Source: Candidatus Poseidoniaceae archaeon
GTDB taxonomy: Archaea; Thermoplasmatota; Poseidoniia; Poseidoniales; Poseidoniaceae
Reading direction: 5' to 3'
Length of the DNA: 32,181 bases
Assembly: GCA_965662895.1 (NCBI GenBank)
Contig: CBFIJH010000016.1
Location: forward strand, 1-32,181
Position numbers and translations under genes: made by a program. Below are positions 1-9,484 of this stretch, one piece after another. Every line of letters begins with the position of its first letter. Position 1 is the first letter of the stretch. The notes under the pieces were generated by a model. That model was not told the origin of the DNA and ran no database searches. It saw nothing but the letters and a program-made list of their open reading frames with translations.

Positions 1-20
1 CAAAGATCGGATGTTTGCCG

Positions 21-1364
21 TTAGCCAAGTGCGCTGATGACACCAACCTGGAGTGAGTACACCAGGCTTAGAACAACAATCCATCCACAGGCAACCAAGA
101 CACTTTCTCGTGAGCGAGCATCGTTTAGATCTGTGAAATCGGGATGTTGTAGAATCGTCTTTGCCCAAAAAATCCAGTACAACCAAACGAAGAATGCAAA
201 CGCAACGTGGACCCAGGAATTGTCCGTGAAAAGATTGTCACGCCATGCGAGATGAACAACCCCTGCAACGAAACTGATTCCAAACAACCCCCACAATCTC
301 TTGCCATCATGAAGGGCCCATGGAATCAAAACCAGCAAAGCCATCATGTGGTAACCATAATGGATTTTTGAATAAAAAATGAAGATGGATAATATGCTCA
401 GTGAAAACGCTGCAGGTATGTTGAGTTGCCTTTGCTGAACAGCGACCCATGTGGCACAAACTGAAATCAGCATTGCAAGGTGGAGAACCACACTCGGAAC
501 AAAGTAAATTGTCTCGCCAATGAACCTCCAGAACGACATGCCACGTTGTTCAGTTGACGACACTGTGTTTGAAACCTGAGTATCACTCACTGGTTGGGTT
601 CCAAACAGATAGAATTCTATAAATTGAGTGAAATCAGAGTATGCATACAGCAAAAACGGCATTGAAATGAGTATACCAATTCCGAGTCCAATAAGCGCTG
701 CGTAGATTTTCGACTCCCAATTCTCTGGACCAAGCACTGCAAACGGTGAACACAGTGCAGGGAAGAACTTGGTAAGTGTACCCACGCCAAGACTCGCCGC
801 AGCAAGATACCATCGTTTGCGCGAAAGTAGTAGCAAGGACAAAGCTAGAAATGCAACGATTATGGCATCGTCCTGAAGCATTGCAATTGACGTAAATTGG
901 CCAAATGGTGATGAACTGTAAATCATACTTCCAGCGATCGCTAAACGCCGATCAAACCAAGGCTCAAGGAAGAAAAACAATATCACAGAGGTCAGGAACA
1001 AGAAGAAAGCAAACCATGAGCACCAGATTAGAAGGGTATCTCCAAGAAGCAAAACTGGAGTAAACAGGTAATTAATGACAGGGGGCGAGACCGTTACCCT
1101 TTCCGTATCACGATAAAGCAAATCACCATCCAAAATGGTTTGAGCACGATCTCGAAAAATTTTGAGATCTTTGTTCTCCTCTCTTGAGGGGTCGTCACTT
1201 ATTTCGAACCCAATCAGCATTGGAGCAGAGATTGTGAAGGTAAACAAAAAGAGGAAGACGACAACCTTCGTGTTGCTTAGTCGTTCAAGCCGGCCAAATG
1301 CATCGATGATGAGCGAGTTGACTCTCGTGACTTTACCAACGCCCGAGTCATCACTTCCACCCAT
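21..1364 (-). CDS. GT-C fold membrane glycosyltransferase (GT87/DUF2029 or PIG-M-like)
   Basis: Polytopic membrane protein. First loop 'DLKIFRDRAQTILDGDLLYRD..SPP' plus 'QDDAII' and 'GTLTKFFP' match the GT87-like pattern. Start uncertain: GTG 1388, ATG 1376 or ATG 1364. Confidence 0.65.
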   Translation of the reverse strand: MGGSDDSGVGKVTRVNSLIIDAFGRLERLSNTKVVVFLFLFTFTISAPMLIGFEISDDPSREENKDLKIFRDRAQTILDGDLLYRDTERVTVSPPVINYLFTPVLLLGDTLLIWCSWFAFFLFLTSVILFFFLEPWFDRRLAIAGSMIYSSSPFGQFTSIAMLQDDAIIVAFLALSLLLLSRKRWYLAAASLGVGTLTKFFPALCSPFAVLGPENWESKIYAALIGLGIGILISMPFLLYAYSDFTQFIEFYLFGTQPVSDTQVSNTVSSTEQRGMSFWRFIGETIYFVPSVVLHLAMLISVCATWVAVQQRQLNIPAAFSLSILSIFIFYSKIHYGYHMMALLVLIPWALHDGKRLWGLFGISFVAGVVHLAWRDNLFTDNSWVHVAFAFFVWLYWIFWAKTILQHPDFTDLNDARSRESVLVACGWIVVLSLVYSLQVGVISALG

Positions 1365-1519
1365 GTGAAATTTCATTGGTATTGACACATAACTGTAATC
1401 AATTTAGAATTTAGAGATTTCTTAATACGTTGGTGAAAGTTCACACAAGGGATAACCATGTGGATTTAGATTGGTTTCACGATGTTGTGAAGCAAAAACT
1501 ACTCTTGAGAATCGGAACC

Positions 1520-3904
1520 TCAAGCACCGCAGCTCAAACAATCATCAGGGCTGTCAAGGCTGCAAGCAATTTCTTCCATACTGGTCAGTTCAGCACGTTC
1601 TGCAAGTCCGTTGACCGTTGGGTCATTCTTTGCGTTGCTCTCAACAGTGAATTGAATCGCATCGGCAGCAGCCTTGGTTCGTAGATAATACATACCAGTC
1701 TTGAGGCCGGATTTCCATCCGTAGAAGTGCATTGAGCTGACCTTTGCAGCATTGGCATCAATCATGTGTATGTTCATCGATTGGCTTTGATCGATATAGG
1801 CACCACGGTCTGCGGCCATGTCGATGACGTGCTTTTGCTTAATTTCCCAAGTTGTCTTGTACAACGCCTTAATGTTGTCAGGGATTCCTTCAATGGCTTG
1901 AATTGAACCCTTGTGTCGTAGAATTTCATCTTTCAAAGCCATGCTCCAAAGTCCTGCTGAGATAAGATCGTTTACCAAGTGTTTGTTCAAAACAATGAAT
2001 TCACCAGAGAGTGTTCGTCGAACATAGAGATTGGAGGTAAACGCCTCAAAGCATTCGTTGTTCCCCAGAATTTGGGAAGTCGACGCTGTTGGCATCGGAG
2101 CAAGGAGGAGCGAGTTTCGCATTCCATTCTCGACGATTTCTGCCTTCAACGAATCCCAGTCCCAACGACCTGAATGTTCATTCATTCCCCAGAGGTCGAA
2201 TTGAAGGATTCCTTGTGATGCAGGAGACCCTTCAAAGGTCGAATATGGGCCTTCAGCTATGGCTGCATCTTTTGAGGCAGTGCAAGCAGCGAAGTAAATG
2301 GTTTCGAAAATTTCTTTGTTGAGAGCACGAGCTTCCGGACTATCGAATGCCATGCCAAGCATAGCGAAAGTATCGGCAAGTCCCTGAACACCGAGACCGA
2401 TTGGACGGTGGCGCATGTTGGAATTACGGGCTTCTTCAACAGGGTAGTAATTCACGTCGATGACTCGATTGAGGTTGCCCGTTGCATGGTAGGTGACATC
2501 GTAAAGGAGTTCATGATTGAACGAGCCGTTCTCAACGTACTTCGGTAGAGCGATGGATGCGAGGTTGCATACGGCAACTTCGTCGGCCGAAGTGTACTCC
2601 ATAATTTCGGTACACAGGTTGGATGAACGAATGGTTCCCAAGTTTTTCTGGTTCGATTTCATGTTCGCTGCATCTTTGTAGAGCATGTATGGCGTACCTG
2701 TTTCGATCTGGGCTTCGACGATCTTGTCCCAAACCTCTCGAGCAGGGACGGTCTTTCGAGCGAGCCCTTGCGATTCGTAGGATTCGTAAAGTTGTTTGAA
2801 TTCTTCACCATAGGCGTCCTGCAATCCAGGGCATTCGTTTGGACAGAAGAAGGACCACTCTGCGTTGGCTTCAACGCGCTGCATAAACAAATCAGGCGTC
2901 CAGAGCGCATAGAACAAATCTCGAGCACGCATTTCTTCCTTACCGTGGTTCTTTCGAAGGTCGAGGAATTCAATCAAGTCAGGGTGCCATGGTTCGAGAT
3001 AGATAGCTATCGATCCCTTTCGCTTGCCGCCACCTTGGTCGACGTATCGAGCTGTATCGTTAAAGACACGGAGCATAGGGACGATACCGTTGGATGTTCC
3101 ATTGGTCCCCTTGATGTAGGATCCCTTGGCGCGGATGTGATGAATGGAAAGACCAATTCCACCTGCAGACTTGGAAATCAAAGCGCACTGCTTGAGCGTA
3201 TCGTAGATGCCGTGGAGTGAATCGTCTTGCATGGTCAAAAGGAAACAGGACGACATTTGTGGCATCGGCGTACCTGAATTGAACAATGTAGGCGTTGCGT
3301 GTGTGAAATAACCGTTCGACATCAAGTCATAGGTCTGAAGCGCCTTCTCGATGTCACCGTGGTGAATACCAACTGCAACTCGCATCAACATGTGTTGTGG
3401 CCGTTCTGCAACCTCGCCGTCAAGGCGGAGTAGATAGGAGCGCTCGAGGGTCTTGAATCCGAAGTAATCGTAGTTGAAATCTCGAGTGTAATCGATGTGG
3501 TTGTTCAACACGTCAGCATTGGCCATGATGATATCAAAGACTTCCTCAGAAATGAGGGGAGCATGCTTCTTTGATTCAGGGTCGATGTACTCTCGAAGGT
3601 CGGTAATCACATCGGTAAAGACTTCTTTTGTCGATCGGTGGAGGTCGTCAACGCAAATACGAGCAGCGAGTTTGCTGTAATCAGGGTGTTGTGAAACCAG
3701 TGAGGCAGCAGTTTCAGCAGCGAGTTGATCCAGTTCACGTGTTGTAACGCCATCATAGAGCCCTTCGATGGTGAGTTTGGTAAGGTTTGCAGGATCGACC
3801 CACGTCGGATCGAGTCCTTCAGACAAACGTCGCAGTTTGTCCAAAATCGCATCGAATCGTACATCTTCTCTCTCGCCTTTTCTGTTTACAACTTGCATGG
3901 TCAT
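1520..3904 (-). CDS. nrdA: Class Ia ribonucleoside-diphosphate reductase alpha subunit with N-terminal ATP cone
   Basis: ATP cone ([16 protein letters not shown]), [37 protein letters not shown] and C-terminal CLSC. SD-like GGAGATGA upstream. Confidence 0.98.
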   Translation of the reverse strand: MTMQVVNRKGEREDVRFDAILDKLRRLSEGLDPTWVDPANLTKLTIEGLYDGVTTRELDQLAAETAASLVSQHPDYSKLAARICVDDLHRSTKEVFTDVITDLREYIDPESKKHAPLISEEVFDIIMANADVLNNHIDYTRDFNYDYFGFKTLERSYLLRLDGEVAERPQHMLMRVAVGIHHGDIEKALQTYDLMSNGYFTHATPTLFNSGTPMPQMSSCFLLTMQDDSLHGIYDTLKQCALISKSAGGIGLSIHHIRAKGSYIKGTNGTSNGIVPMLRVFNDTARYVDQGGGKRKGSIAIYLEPWHPDLIEFLDLRKNHGKEEMRARDLFYALWTPDLFMQRVEANAEWSFFCPNECPGLQDAYGEEFKQLYESYESQGLARKTVPAREVWDKIVEAQIETGTPYMLYKDAANMKSNQKNLGTIRSSNLCTEIMEYTSADEVAVCNLASIALPKYVENGSFNHELLYDVTYHATGNLNRVIDVNYYPVEEARNSNMRHRPIGLGVQGLADTFAMLGMAFDSPEARALNKEIFETIYFAACTASKDAAIAEGPYSTFEGSPASQGILQFDLWGMNEHSGRWDWDSLKAEIVENGMRNSLLLAPMPTASTSQILGNNECFEAFTSNLYVRRTLSGEFIVLNKHLVNDLISAGLWSMALKDEILRHKGSIQAIEGIPDNIKALYKTTWEIKQKHVIDMAADRGAYIDQSQSMNIHMIDANAAKVSSMHFYGWKSGLKTGMYYLRTKAAADAIQFTVESNAKNDPTVNGLAERAELTSMEEIACSLDSPDDCLSCGA

Positions 3905-3962
3905 TTTGCCTCATCTCCTGCTTGTTTCGGTGCGTGCGTATCTCCCTTTGTTCGCGGTCGGT

Positions 3963-5000
3963 TCAAAAGTCTTCGTCCATGGAGAACCGCTGTTGGACGC
4001 TTCCGAGGGAGGCGCCATCCATCACACCGGACTTCTGGTACTCGCCAACTCGCTTTTCGAAGAAGTTGGTCTTGCCTTGCATGGAAATCATTTCCATCCA
4101 TGGGAACGGATTTGCGACGTCGTACAACTTTGATGCTCCCAAAGAGATCAAAAGTCGATCGGCGACGAATTGAATGTATTGCTTCATCAATTCTTCATTC
4201 ATTCCAATGAGATTGACAGGAAGAGCACTGGTGACAAATTCAATCTCGATTTCGACCGCTTCTGCAATAACACGGTGAATGATGTTCTCAGGCGTTGGAC
4301 GCTCTAGTTTGCTGTGCAGTAAGCATGCAAAGTCGCAGTGCAATCCTTCATCTCGACTGATCAATTCGTTGGAGAACGTAAGACCAGGCATGAGCCCTCG
4401 CTTCTTGAGCCAAAAGATTGCACAGAACGAACCTGAAAAGAAAATTCCTTCAACTGCGGCAAAAGCAACAAGGCGTTCTGCAAAGGAGCCTCGCTTGCGT
4501 GACAACCAGCGAAGTGCCCAGTCGCCCTTGCGCTTGACAGACGGCACGGTCTCGAGCGCCTTGAACAAGTGGTTCTTTTCGTTGGAGTCTTTGATGTATG
4601 TGTCAATAAGGAGAGAGTATGTTTCTGCATGGATGTTTTCCATCATGATTTGGAAGCCGTAGAATGCTCGAGCTTCTGCCCAACAAACCTCATTTGAGAA
4701 ATTCACGACGAGGTTTTCGTTAACGATACCATCGCTTGCAGCAAAGAAAGCAAGAACATGCTTGAGGAAGTGTTGCTCATCCTTGTTGAGTTGCTCCCAG
4801 TCTTTCATGTCCTCTGCGAGGTCGATTTCTTCTGCAGTCCAGAACGATGCCGCATGTTGCTTGTACATGGCCCAAATGTCATCATGCTCAATCGGGAACA
4901 GAACAAACCGATCCAAGTTTTCTTGGAGCATCGGCTCGATATGTTCACGCGATAAATCAATTTCTATTCCGTCGTCTTTTCGATTGTGCTCGATTACCAT
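3963..5000 (-). CDS. nrdB: Class Ia ribonucleotide reductase beta (di-iron/tyrosyl radical) subunit
   Basis: [56 protein letters not shown]. Start placed at ATG 5000 behind SD-like GAAGGTGA, not at 5168. Confidence 0.97.
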   Translation of the reverse strand: MVIEHNRKDDGIEIDLSREHIEPMLQENLDRFVLFPIEHDDIWAMYKQHAASFWTAEEIDLAEDMKDWEQLNKDEQHFLKHVLAFFAASDGIVNENLVVNFSNEVCWAEARAFYGFQIMMENIHAETYSLLIDTYIKDSNEKNHLFKALETVPSVKRKGDWALRWLSRKRGSFAERLVAFAAVEGIFFSGSFCAIFWLKKRGLMPGLTFSNELISRDEGLHCDFACLLHSKLERPTPENIIHRVIAEAVEIEIEFVTSALPVNLIGMNEELMKQYIQFVADRLLISLGASKLYDVANPFPWMEMISMQGKTNFFEKRVGEYQKSGVMDGASLGSVQQRFSMDEDF

Positions 5001-5048
5001 ATTGTCACCTTCCATCAACGCGCTGGATGTGGTCCTCCCTCCGAGATG

Positions 5049-5089
5049 GCACATAAACATGTGCATGCCTTTGACACATAAAACCGTGT
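5049..5089. promoter_or_regulatory. Two tandem 16-bp imperfect palindromes (CAC-N8-GTG) upstream of nrdBA, candidate operator
   Basis: GCACATAAACATGTGC (5049-5064) and ACACATAAAACCGTGT (5074-5089). Outer architecture resembles NrdR boxes. Confidence 0.45.
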
Positions 5090-5261
5090 TTTTCAAGGAG
5101 GAGGAAACGAGGGACTGCGCAAATAAACCCTGTTTTTCGACCGATTTGTATAAGAACCGATTTGTCAAAATAAAAAAGTGATATTTTTTGCCCGAATTCT
5201 ACCTTCGTTTCTACTGGAACGAAATCAAAGACTCCATGAACCACCGAGAAGAGGCAAAACC

Positions 5262-5711
5262 ATGCGAAATGAGATTCGTGTGAAGTTTGCAAAACTGAAT
5301 GATGAAGCGAGACTTCCGACCCAGGGTAGCGCACAAGCGGCAGGATGGGATTTGTACGCGCTTGAACAAACAACGGTAACAAAAGGCGCGTCGGTCATGA
5401 TTCCGACAGGTCTTGCTTGTGCCATACCGGAAGGATGGGAGGGACAGATTCGATGTCGATCATCGCTTGGAAAGAAAGGTATGATTTTGCCGAACGGTGT
5501 TGGCACCATTGACTCAGATTACCGAGGTGAACTAAAGGTGCTAGCGACCTGGATTGGAGAAGGTGATTCATTTACAGTCGACAAAGGAGAACGCGTTGCT
5601 CAGATGCTGTTCGCACCAGTCCCTTTGGTGAAGATTGAGGAAGTCGAGATTGATGCATTGGATTCAACTGAACGTGGCGAAGGTGGATTTGGCTCATCGG
5701 GACAATACTGA
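5262..5711 (+). CDS. dut: Trimeric dUTP diphosphatase
   Basis: Five dUTPase motifs: AGWDL, QIRCRSSLG, GTIDSDYRGE, RVAQM, RGEGGFGSSG. Start ATG 5262. Confidence 0.96.
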   Translation: MRNEIRVKFAKLNDEARLPTQGSAQAAGWDLYALEQTTVTKGASVMIPTGLACAIPEGWEGQIRCRSSLGKKGMILPNGVGTIDSDYRGELKVLATWIGEGDSFTVDKGERVAQMLFAPVPLVKIEEVEIDALDSTERGEGGFGSSGQY

Positions 5712-5720
5712 GGGACAAGC

Positions 5721-6347
5721 ATGCAATCGATCGACATTCGTCAACTTGGCGTCGTGGAATACACAGATGCTCTTGAGATGATGTCGACCTTGCAACAGCA
5801 ACGCATCAACAACGAAATACCTGATACCGTTCTTTTTCTTGAACATCCAGAAATTGTTACGGTAGGCCCTCGGGCTCGGAACGATGGAATTGCTCCTCCG
5901 TCCGATTATAGGAGCCATCCTGTTGATCGAGGAGGTGGCCTTACCTGGCACGGGCCTGGCCAACTTGTTGTCTATCCGATTGTGCTCTGGAATCAGGAAG
6001 ATGAGAAATCCGTTGCAGACATCATTTCCAAAATCGAATCGTGGGTCATTGCTGCATTGAACGAACTTGGTATCGAGGGGTACAGAGACGACCGGATGCA
6101 AGGTGTTTGGGTCGATGAGAAGAAGATTTGCAGCATTGGCCTGTCCTTCTTACGATGGGTGAGTCGTCATGGATTCACAATAAATTACGATACTCCGCAA
6201 GGCAGGGTGGAAAACCTTGCTGGATGTGGTCTGTCAGAATCGACAACAACAAGCCTGAGCAGATTGGAGTACACAGTTACGAGAGTTTCCATTCAGGATG
6301 CGTTGATGAACACCTGTCAGAAAATATTGGGCAGAAAAATCGCATGA
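5721..6347 (+). CDS. lipB: Lipoyl(octanoyl) transferase LipB
   Basis: LEHPEIVTVG, DRGGGLTWHGPGQLVVYPI, GVWV..KKICSIG, HGFTIN, and GCGL at the catalytic Cys position. Confidence 0.92.
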   Translation: MQSIDIRQLGVVEYTDALEMMSTLQQQRINNEIPDTVLFLEHPEIVTVGPRARNDGIAPPSDYRSHPVDRGGGLTWHGPGQLVVYPIVLWNQEDEKSVADIISKIESWVIAALNELGIEGYRDDRMQGVWVDEKKICSIGLSFLRWVSRHGFTINYDTPQGRVENLAGCGLSESTTTSLSRLEYTVTRVSIQDALMNTCQKILGRKIA

Positions 6348-6391
6348 GGAAACAAACAAGTGCATATATGAGAACGGGGCCAATTTGAAAC

Positions 6392-6967
6392 ATGGGCGAG
6401 ATTGTTCTTGGCATATCTGGTGCAAGTGGAGCCGTTTATGGTGTTCGTCTCGCGCAAGCCCTCAACGACCTCGGCGTCACCATTCGCTTGGTTGTCAGCA
6501 ATTCAGGCCGAATCACGCTCAAGCACGAATGCGACACGACGCCCGAAGCCCTCGCTGAAGAAACGGGTGCTATCCTTGAAGAGCAAGCCAACATCGGTGC
6601 GAAATCCGCTTCAGGATCAGCACCAATCGACGCTGTTGTCATTTGCCCTTGCTCTGGAACAACGCTTGGAAAACTTGCTGCAGGAATTGGAGACAACCTC
6701 ATTACCCGGTCTGCGATTGTTGCCATGAAGGAACAACGTAAACTCATTATCGTACCCCGAGAAGCACCTTATGCAACCGTTCACCTTGAGAATATGGCCA
6801 AGTTATCGGGTTGGGGAACGGTCGTTATCCCTGCATCACCCGGCTTCTACAACCATCCCCAATCCATTGATGACATGGTCGATTTCGTCGTAGCGCGCAT
6901 CCTTGACCAAATCGGTCTTGAGCACACCATTGGTAAGCGATGGACGGGCGAAGAATTGGATGAATGA
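6392..6967 (+). CDS. ubiX: Flavin prenyltransferase UbiX
   Basis: GISGASGA, ASGS, PCSGTTLGK..G..DNLITR, PREAP..HLENM, PASPGFY.HP. Confidence 0.95.
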   Translation: MGEIVLGISGASGAVYGVRLAQALNDLGVTIRLVVSNSGRITLKHECDTTPEALAEETGAILEEQANIGAKSASGSAPIDAVVICPCSGTTLGKLAAGIGDNLITRSAIVAMKEQRKLIIVPREAPYATVHLENMAKLSGWGTVVIPASPGFYNHPQSIDDMVDFVVARILDQIGLEHTIGKRWTGEELDE

Positions 6968-7016
6968 GATGCATCGAGCCAACGGGTTCAAATGAGCAAG
7001 GCATTTGTTCAAGAAC

Positions 7017-8741
7017 ATGAGCAGTGATGATTCGCTTGCATCACGGACCGTCCAACAACTGAAATCCATGCTGGAAGAGCGTGGACTGCCAAAATCAGGA
7101 AAAAAGGCTGAACTCATCGAACGGCTCAATTCATCACAGGAAGAAAACATCATCGAATTGTCCACCTCGTTTTGGAGTCGAAATCTCGTTGGTCAATTAA
7201 ACGTCGCTCAAGTGGCGGGTTCGGTAGCTGCAGTTCTCCTCCTCATGGTCGTTGTTTTCAATCCCTCCATTCTTGGATTCGGGGAAGATGAAGCCGTCTA
7301 CGAACCGATTGGATTCGATGCTAGTCAGACACGCTGGTACGCGCAAGAATTGGTCAATCTTGGTCATCCTGAATGGGAGGGCCGGATGTCAGGAAGTCCA
7401 GAAGAGGCTGCTGCTGCTGAGATGATTCTCGATAACCTCACGGAAATGGGTTATTCGCCACAACTGAACACCTATCCTGTTCCAATGTTTGCAATCAATA
7501 GTGAACCTATTCTCTCGATGTGCATTCCTGCTGCTGGCGGATTGTTTGGAGGTGCAGTGACCGGAGCGTCATGCAACAGCGGCGTTGGTGCAGACATAAC
7601 GACGTTTGAACATCGAACAAATTTTGTTCTCCAGGGATATTCAGGTTCAGCAGACATTCAATTTGGACAAGAAATGGAATTGATCGATCTTGAAGACGGA
7701 ACCAACGATGCCCTTTGGACGGAGGCATCTGGCAAGGTTGGAATCGTACGAGGAGGCAACAGTATTGATGGAAATACGGGCATCTACATCAAGGCTGCAG
7801 AGAATGGGTTGGCGGCCATTCTTCGCATCAACAACCAATCAAACTGTGGGCAAATTGTCGCTGACGATTGCATACCAATTTTCAAATCAATTCGTGTGGA
7901 TGACATGAAAGCAGCGAACAGTGGATCGATTCCTGAAACGATACCCTTCATTGCTGTATCCAATAAGACAGGCGTTGAGATGCTGGAGTTGGCTGGTCAA
8001 GGCGCATTTCTCCGATTGTTTTCTGACGTTGATAACGCTGGAGATCTCTCGGTAAGTGTACCATGTGGGACACTTTATGGAAAGAGTGAGGATCTTATCA
8101 TCGTCGGAGCACACCATGATACGGTTTACCATGCACAAGGAGCGGTCGACGATACTTCAGGAACTGCGAGCGTACTTGAGATGGCTCGACAGATTGCCAT
8201 GATTGCAAACGAGAGTAGAACACCAGAGTACACGCTTCGATTTTGCACGTGGGGAGGCGAAGAAGAAGGATTGTGGGGCAGTAAAGCGTACGTCGGTGCG
8301 AATGCAAATGAACTTGCTCGCAACCTTCGCCTCTACATCAATCTGGACATGAACCACGTCGACATTGACACGGCCAATCGAGGGAACAGTCTTCGGTTCT
8401 TTTCAAACTCAGAAACAGACATCAATGCGATGAAGGACATTTTGGATGTTCTTGAGGACGAACGCCCTGACCTTTTTCCAAAATACACGGTTTCAACCGG
8501 ATTGTATCAAGGTGCCCGTGGTGAGCCCGACGGTATGCCATACAATTCCGACCATGGGCCATTTGTCTACGACCTTCCCGACGGTGTGACTGGTAATGCT
8601 TTGGTCTGCTATGGGTCCGGTTCCTGGGAGTACCATACGTACGCGGATACCATGGATCGCTTTAACGAAGAATCGCTTGGAGTTTCAGTCATTGCTTATG
8701 GAACCTACATTCGTCACCTCGCTTGGCCCGTCTTTGAGTGA
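7017..8741 (+). CDS. M28-family Zn aminopeptidase with N-terminal SAP domain, TM anchor and PA domain
   Basis: SAP motif TVQQLKSMLEERGLPKSGKKAELIERL; TM VAGSVAAVLLLMVVVF; M28 motifs GAHHD, GAVDDTSG, GEEEGLWGS, NLDM, SDH, YHT. Confidence 0.88.
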   Translation: MSSDDSLASRTVQQLKSMLEERGLPKSGKKAELIERLNSSQEENIIELSTSFWSRNLVGQLNVAQVAGSVAAVLLLMVVVFNPSILGFGEDEAVYEPIGFDASQTRWYAQELVNLGHPEWEGRMSGSPEEAAAAEMILDNLTEMGYSPQLNTYPVPMFAINSEPILSMCIPAAGGLFGGAVTGASCNSGVGADITTFEHRTNFVLQGYSGSADIQFGQEMELIDLEDGTNDALWTEASGKVGIVRGGNSIDGNTGIYIKAAENGLAAILRINNQSNCGQIVADDCIPIFKSIRVDDMKAANSGSIPETIPFIAVSNKTGVEMLELAGQGAFLRLFSDVDNAGDLSVSVPCGTLYGKSEDLIIVGAHHDTVYHAQGAVDDTSGTASVLEMARQIAMIANESRTPEYTLRFCTWGGEEEGLWGSKAYVGANANELARNLRLYINLDMNHVDIDTANRGNSLRFFSNSETDINAMKDILDVLEDERPDLFPKYTVSTGLYQGARGEPDGMPYNSDHGPFVYDLPDGVTGNALVCYGSGSWEYHTYADTMDRFNEESLGVSVIAYGTYIRHLAWPVFE

Positions 8742-8778
8742 GCGTTGAGTTCAAGAAGGCGACGTCGGTGGGAAGGTC

Positions 8779-9069
8779 ATGGTAAAACCAAGCGCACATG
8801 CTTCGCACATTTTGGTCGCTTCCAAATCCGAAGCCATGCAAATCTCCGATAAAATTGGAAAACTCAAAGATTTTCAAAAACTTGCCCGTAAAAAATCGAC
8901 GTGCCCCTCTTCGCAACGTGGAGGCGATCTCGGCTGGTTCCGTAAAGGCAACATGGTTCGTGAATTCGAAGAAGCTGTTTGGAGCACGCCTCTGAAGACG
9001 GTTTCTTCGCCGGTCAAAACCCAGTTTGGCTATCACCTTATCTGGGTCCATGAACGTGATGAGGAGTGA
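8779..9069 (+). CDS. ppiC: Single-domain parvulin-type peptidyl-prolyl isomerase
   Basis: ASHILV, FQKLARKKSTCPS..RGGDLGWF, MVREFEEAV, PVKTQFGYHLI. Confidence 0.93.
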   Translation: MVKPSAHASHILVASKSEAMQISDKIGKLKDFQKLARKKSTCPSSQRGGDLGWFRKGNMVREFEEAVWSTPLKTVSSPVKTQFGYHLIWVHERDEE

Positions 9070-9431
9070 ACAAAGTGCGTTTCTCTGTTGGCTTGGACAA
9101 TTATCTGGTCAATGGTGCACACGGTTATTTTGACCGCGAGCATCTCAAGCCTCAACCGTTCAATATCTCCGTACGGGTTGACCTCCTGAATGCAATTGAA
9201 GACGGTGAACTTGAATCGACGTTGGACTATGCGCGACTTCAACAGGCCGTTGATTCGGTTGTTTTGAATTCTCCACCGATTCGACTGCTTGAATCAATGG
9301 CTCTGCAGATATCGGAACACATTCAACAGACCGAACACGTTCAATCGGTCTTCATACGAATCGAAAAACCCGACGCGCCGCTTCCTCACCCAGGAGGTTT
9401 GCCATACATCGAATACACGTGGAATCGTTGA
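9066..9431 (+). CDS. folB: Dihydroneopterin aldolase (bacterial FolB type)
   Basis: HG..E...Q.F, TLDY, LLE, and IEKP (catalytic Lys). GTG start overlaps the ppiC stop (GTGA). Confidence 0.85.
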   Translation: MNKVRFSVGLDNYLVNGAHGYFDREHLKPQPFNISVRVDLLNAIEDGELESTLDYARLQQAVDSVVLNSPPIRLLESMALQISEHIQQTEHVQSVFIRIEKPDAPLPHPGGLPYIEYTWNR

Positions 9432-9484
9432 TTTGAACCCCAAGAAACGGGAGGGTTGAAAGGCCGACGCTTTCAAGCAACCTC

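Noticed and set aside
1520-3904. Intein or intron in nrdA, a common insertion hotspot
   Set aside because: 794 aa is normal length and the motifs are contiguous, with no splice-junction motifs.
2768-4210. Long antisense ORFs (e.g. 2768-3220, 3725-4210) and similar shadow ORFs across the window
   Set aside because: They lie opposite well-conserved genes, have no recognisable motifs and are expected from codon bias.
5001-5261. N-terminal extensions of NrdB (to 5168) and dUTPase (from 5178) in the ORF track
   Set aside because: No family similarity. The SD before ATG 5000 and the family start at ATG 5262 indicate this stretch is intergenic.
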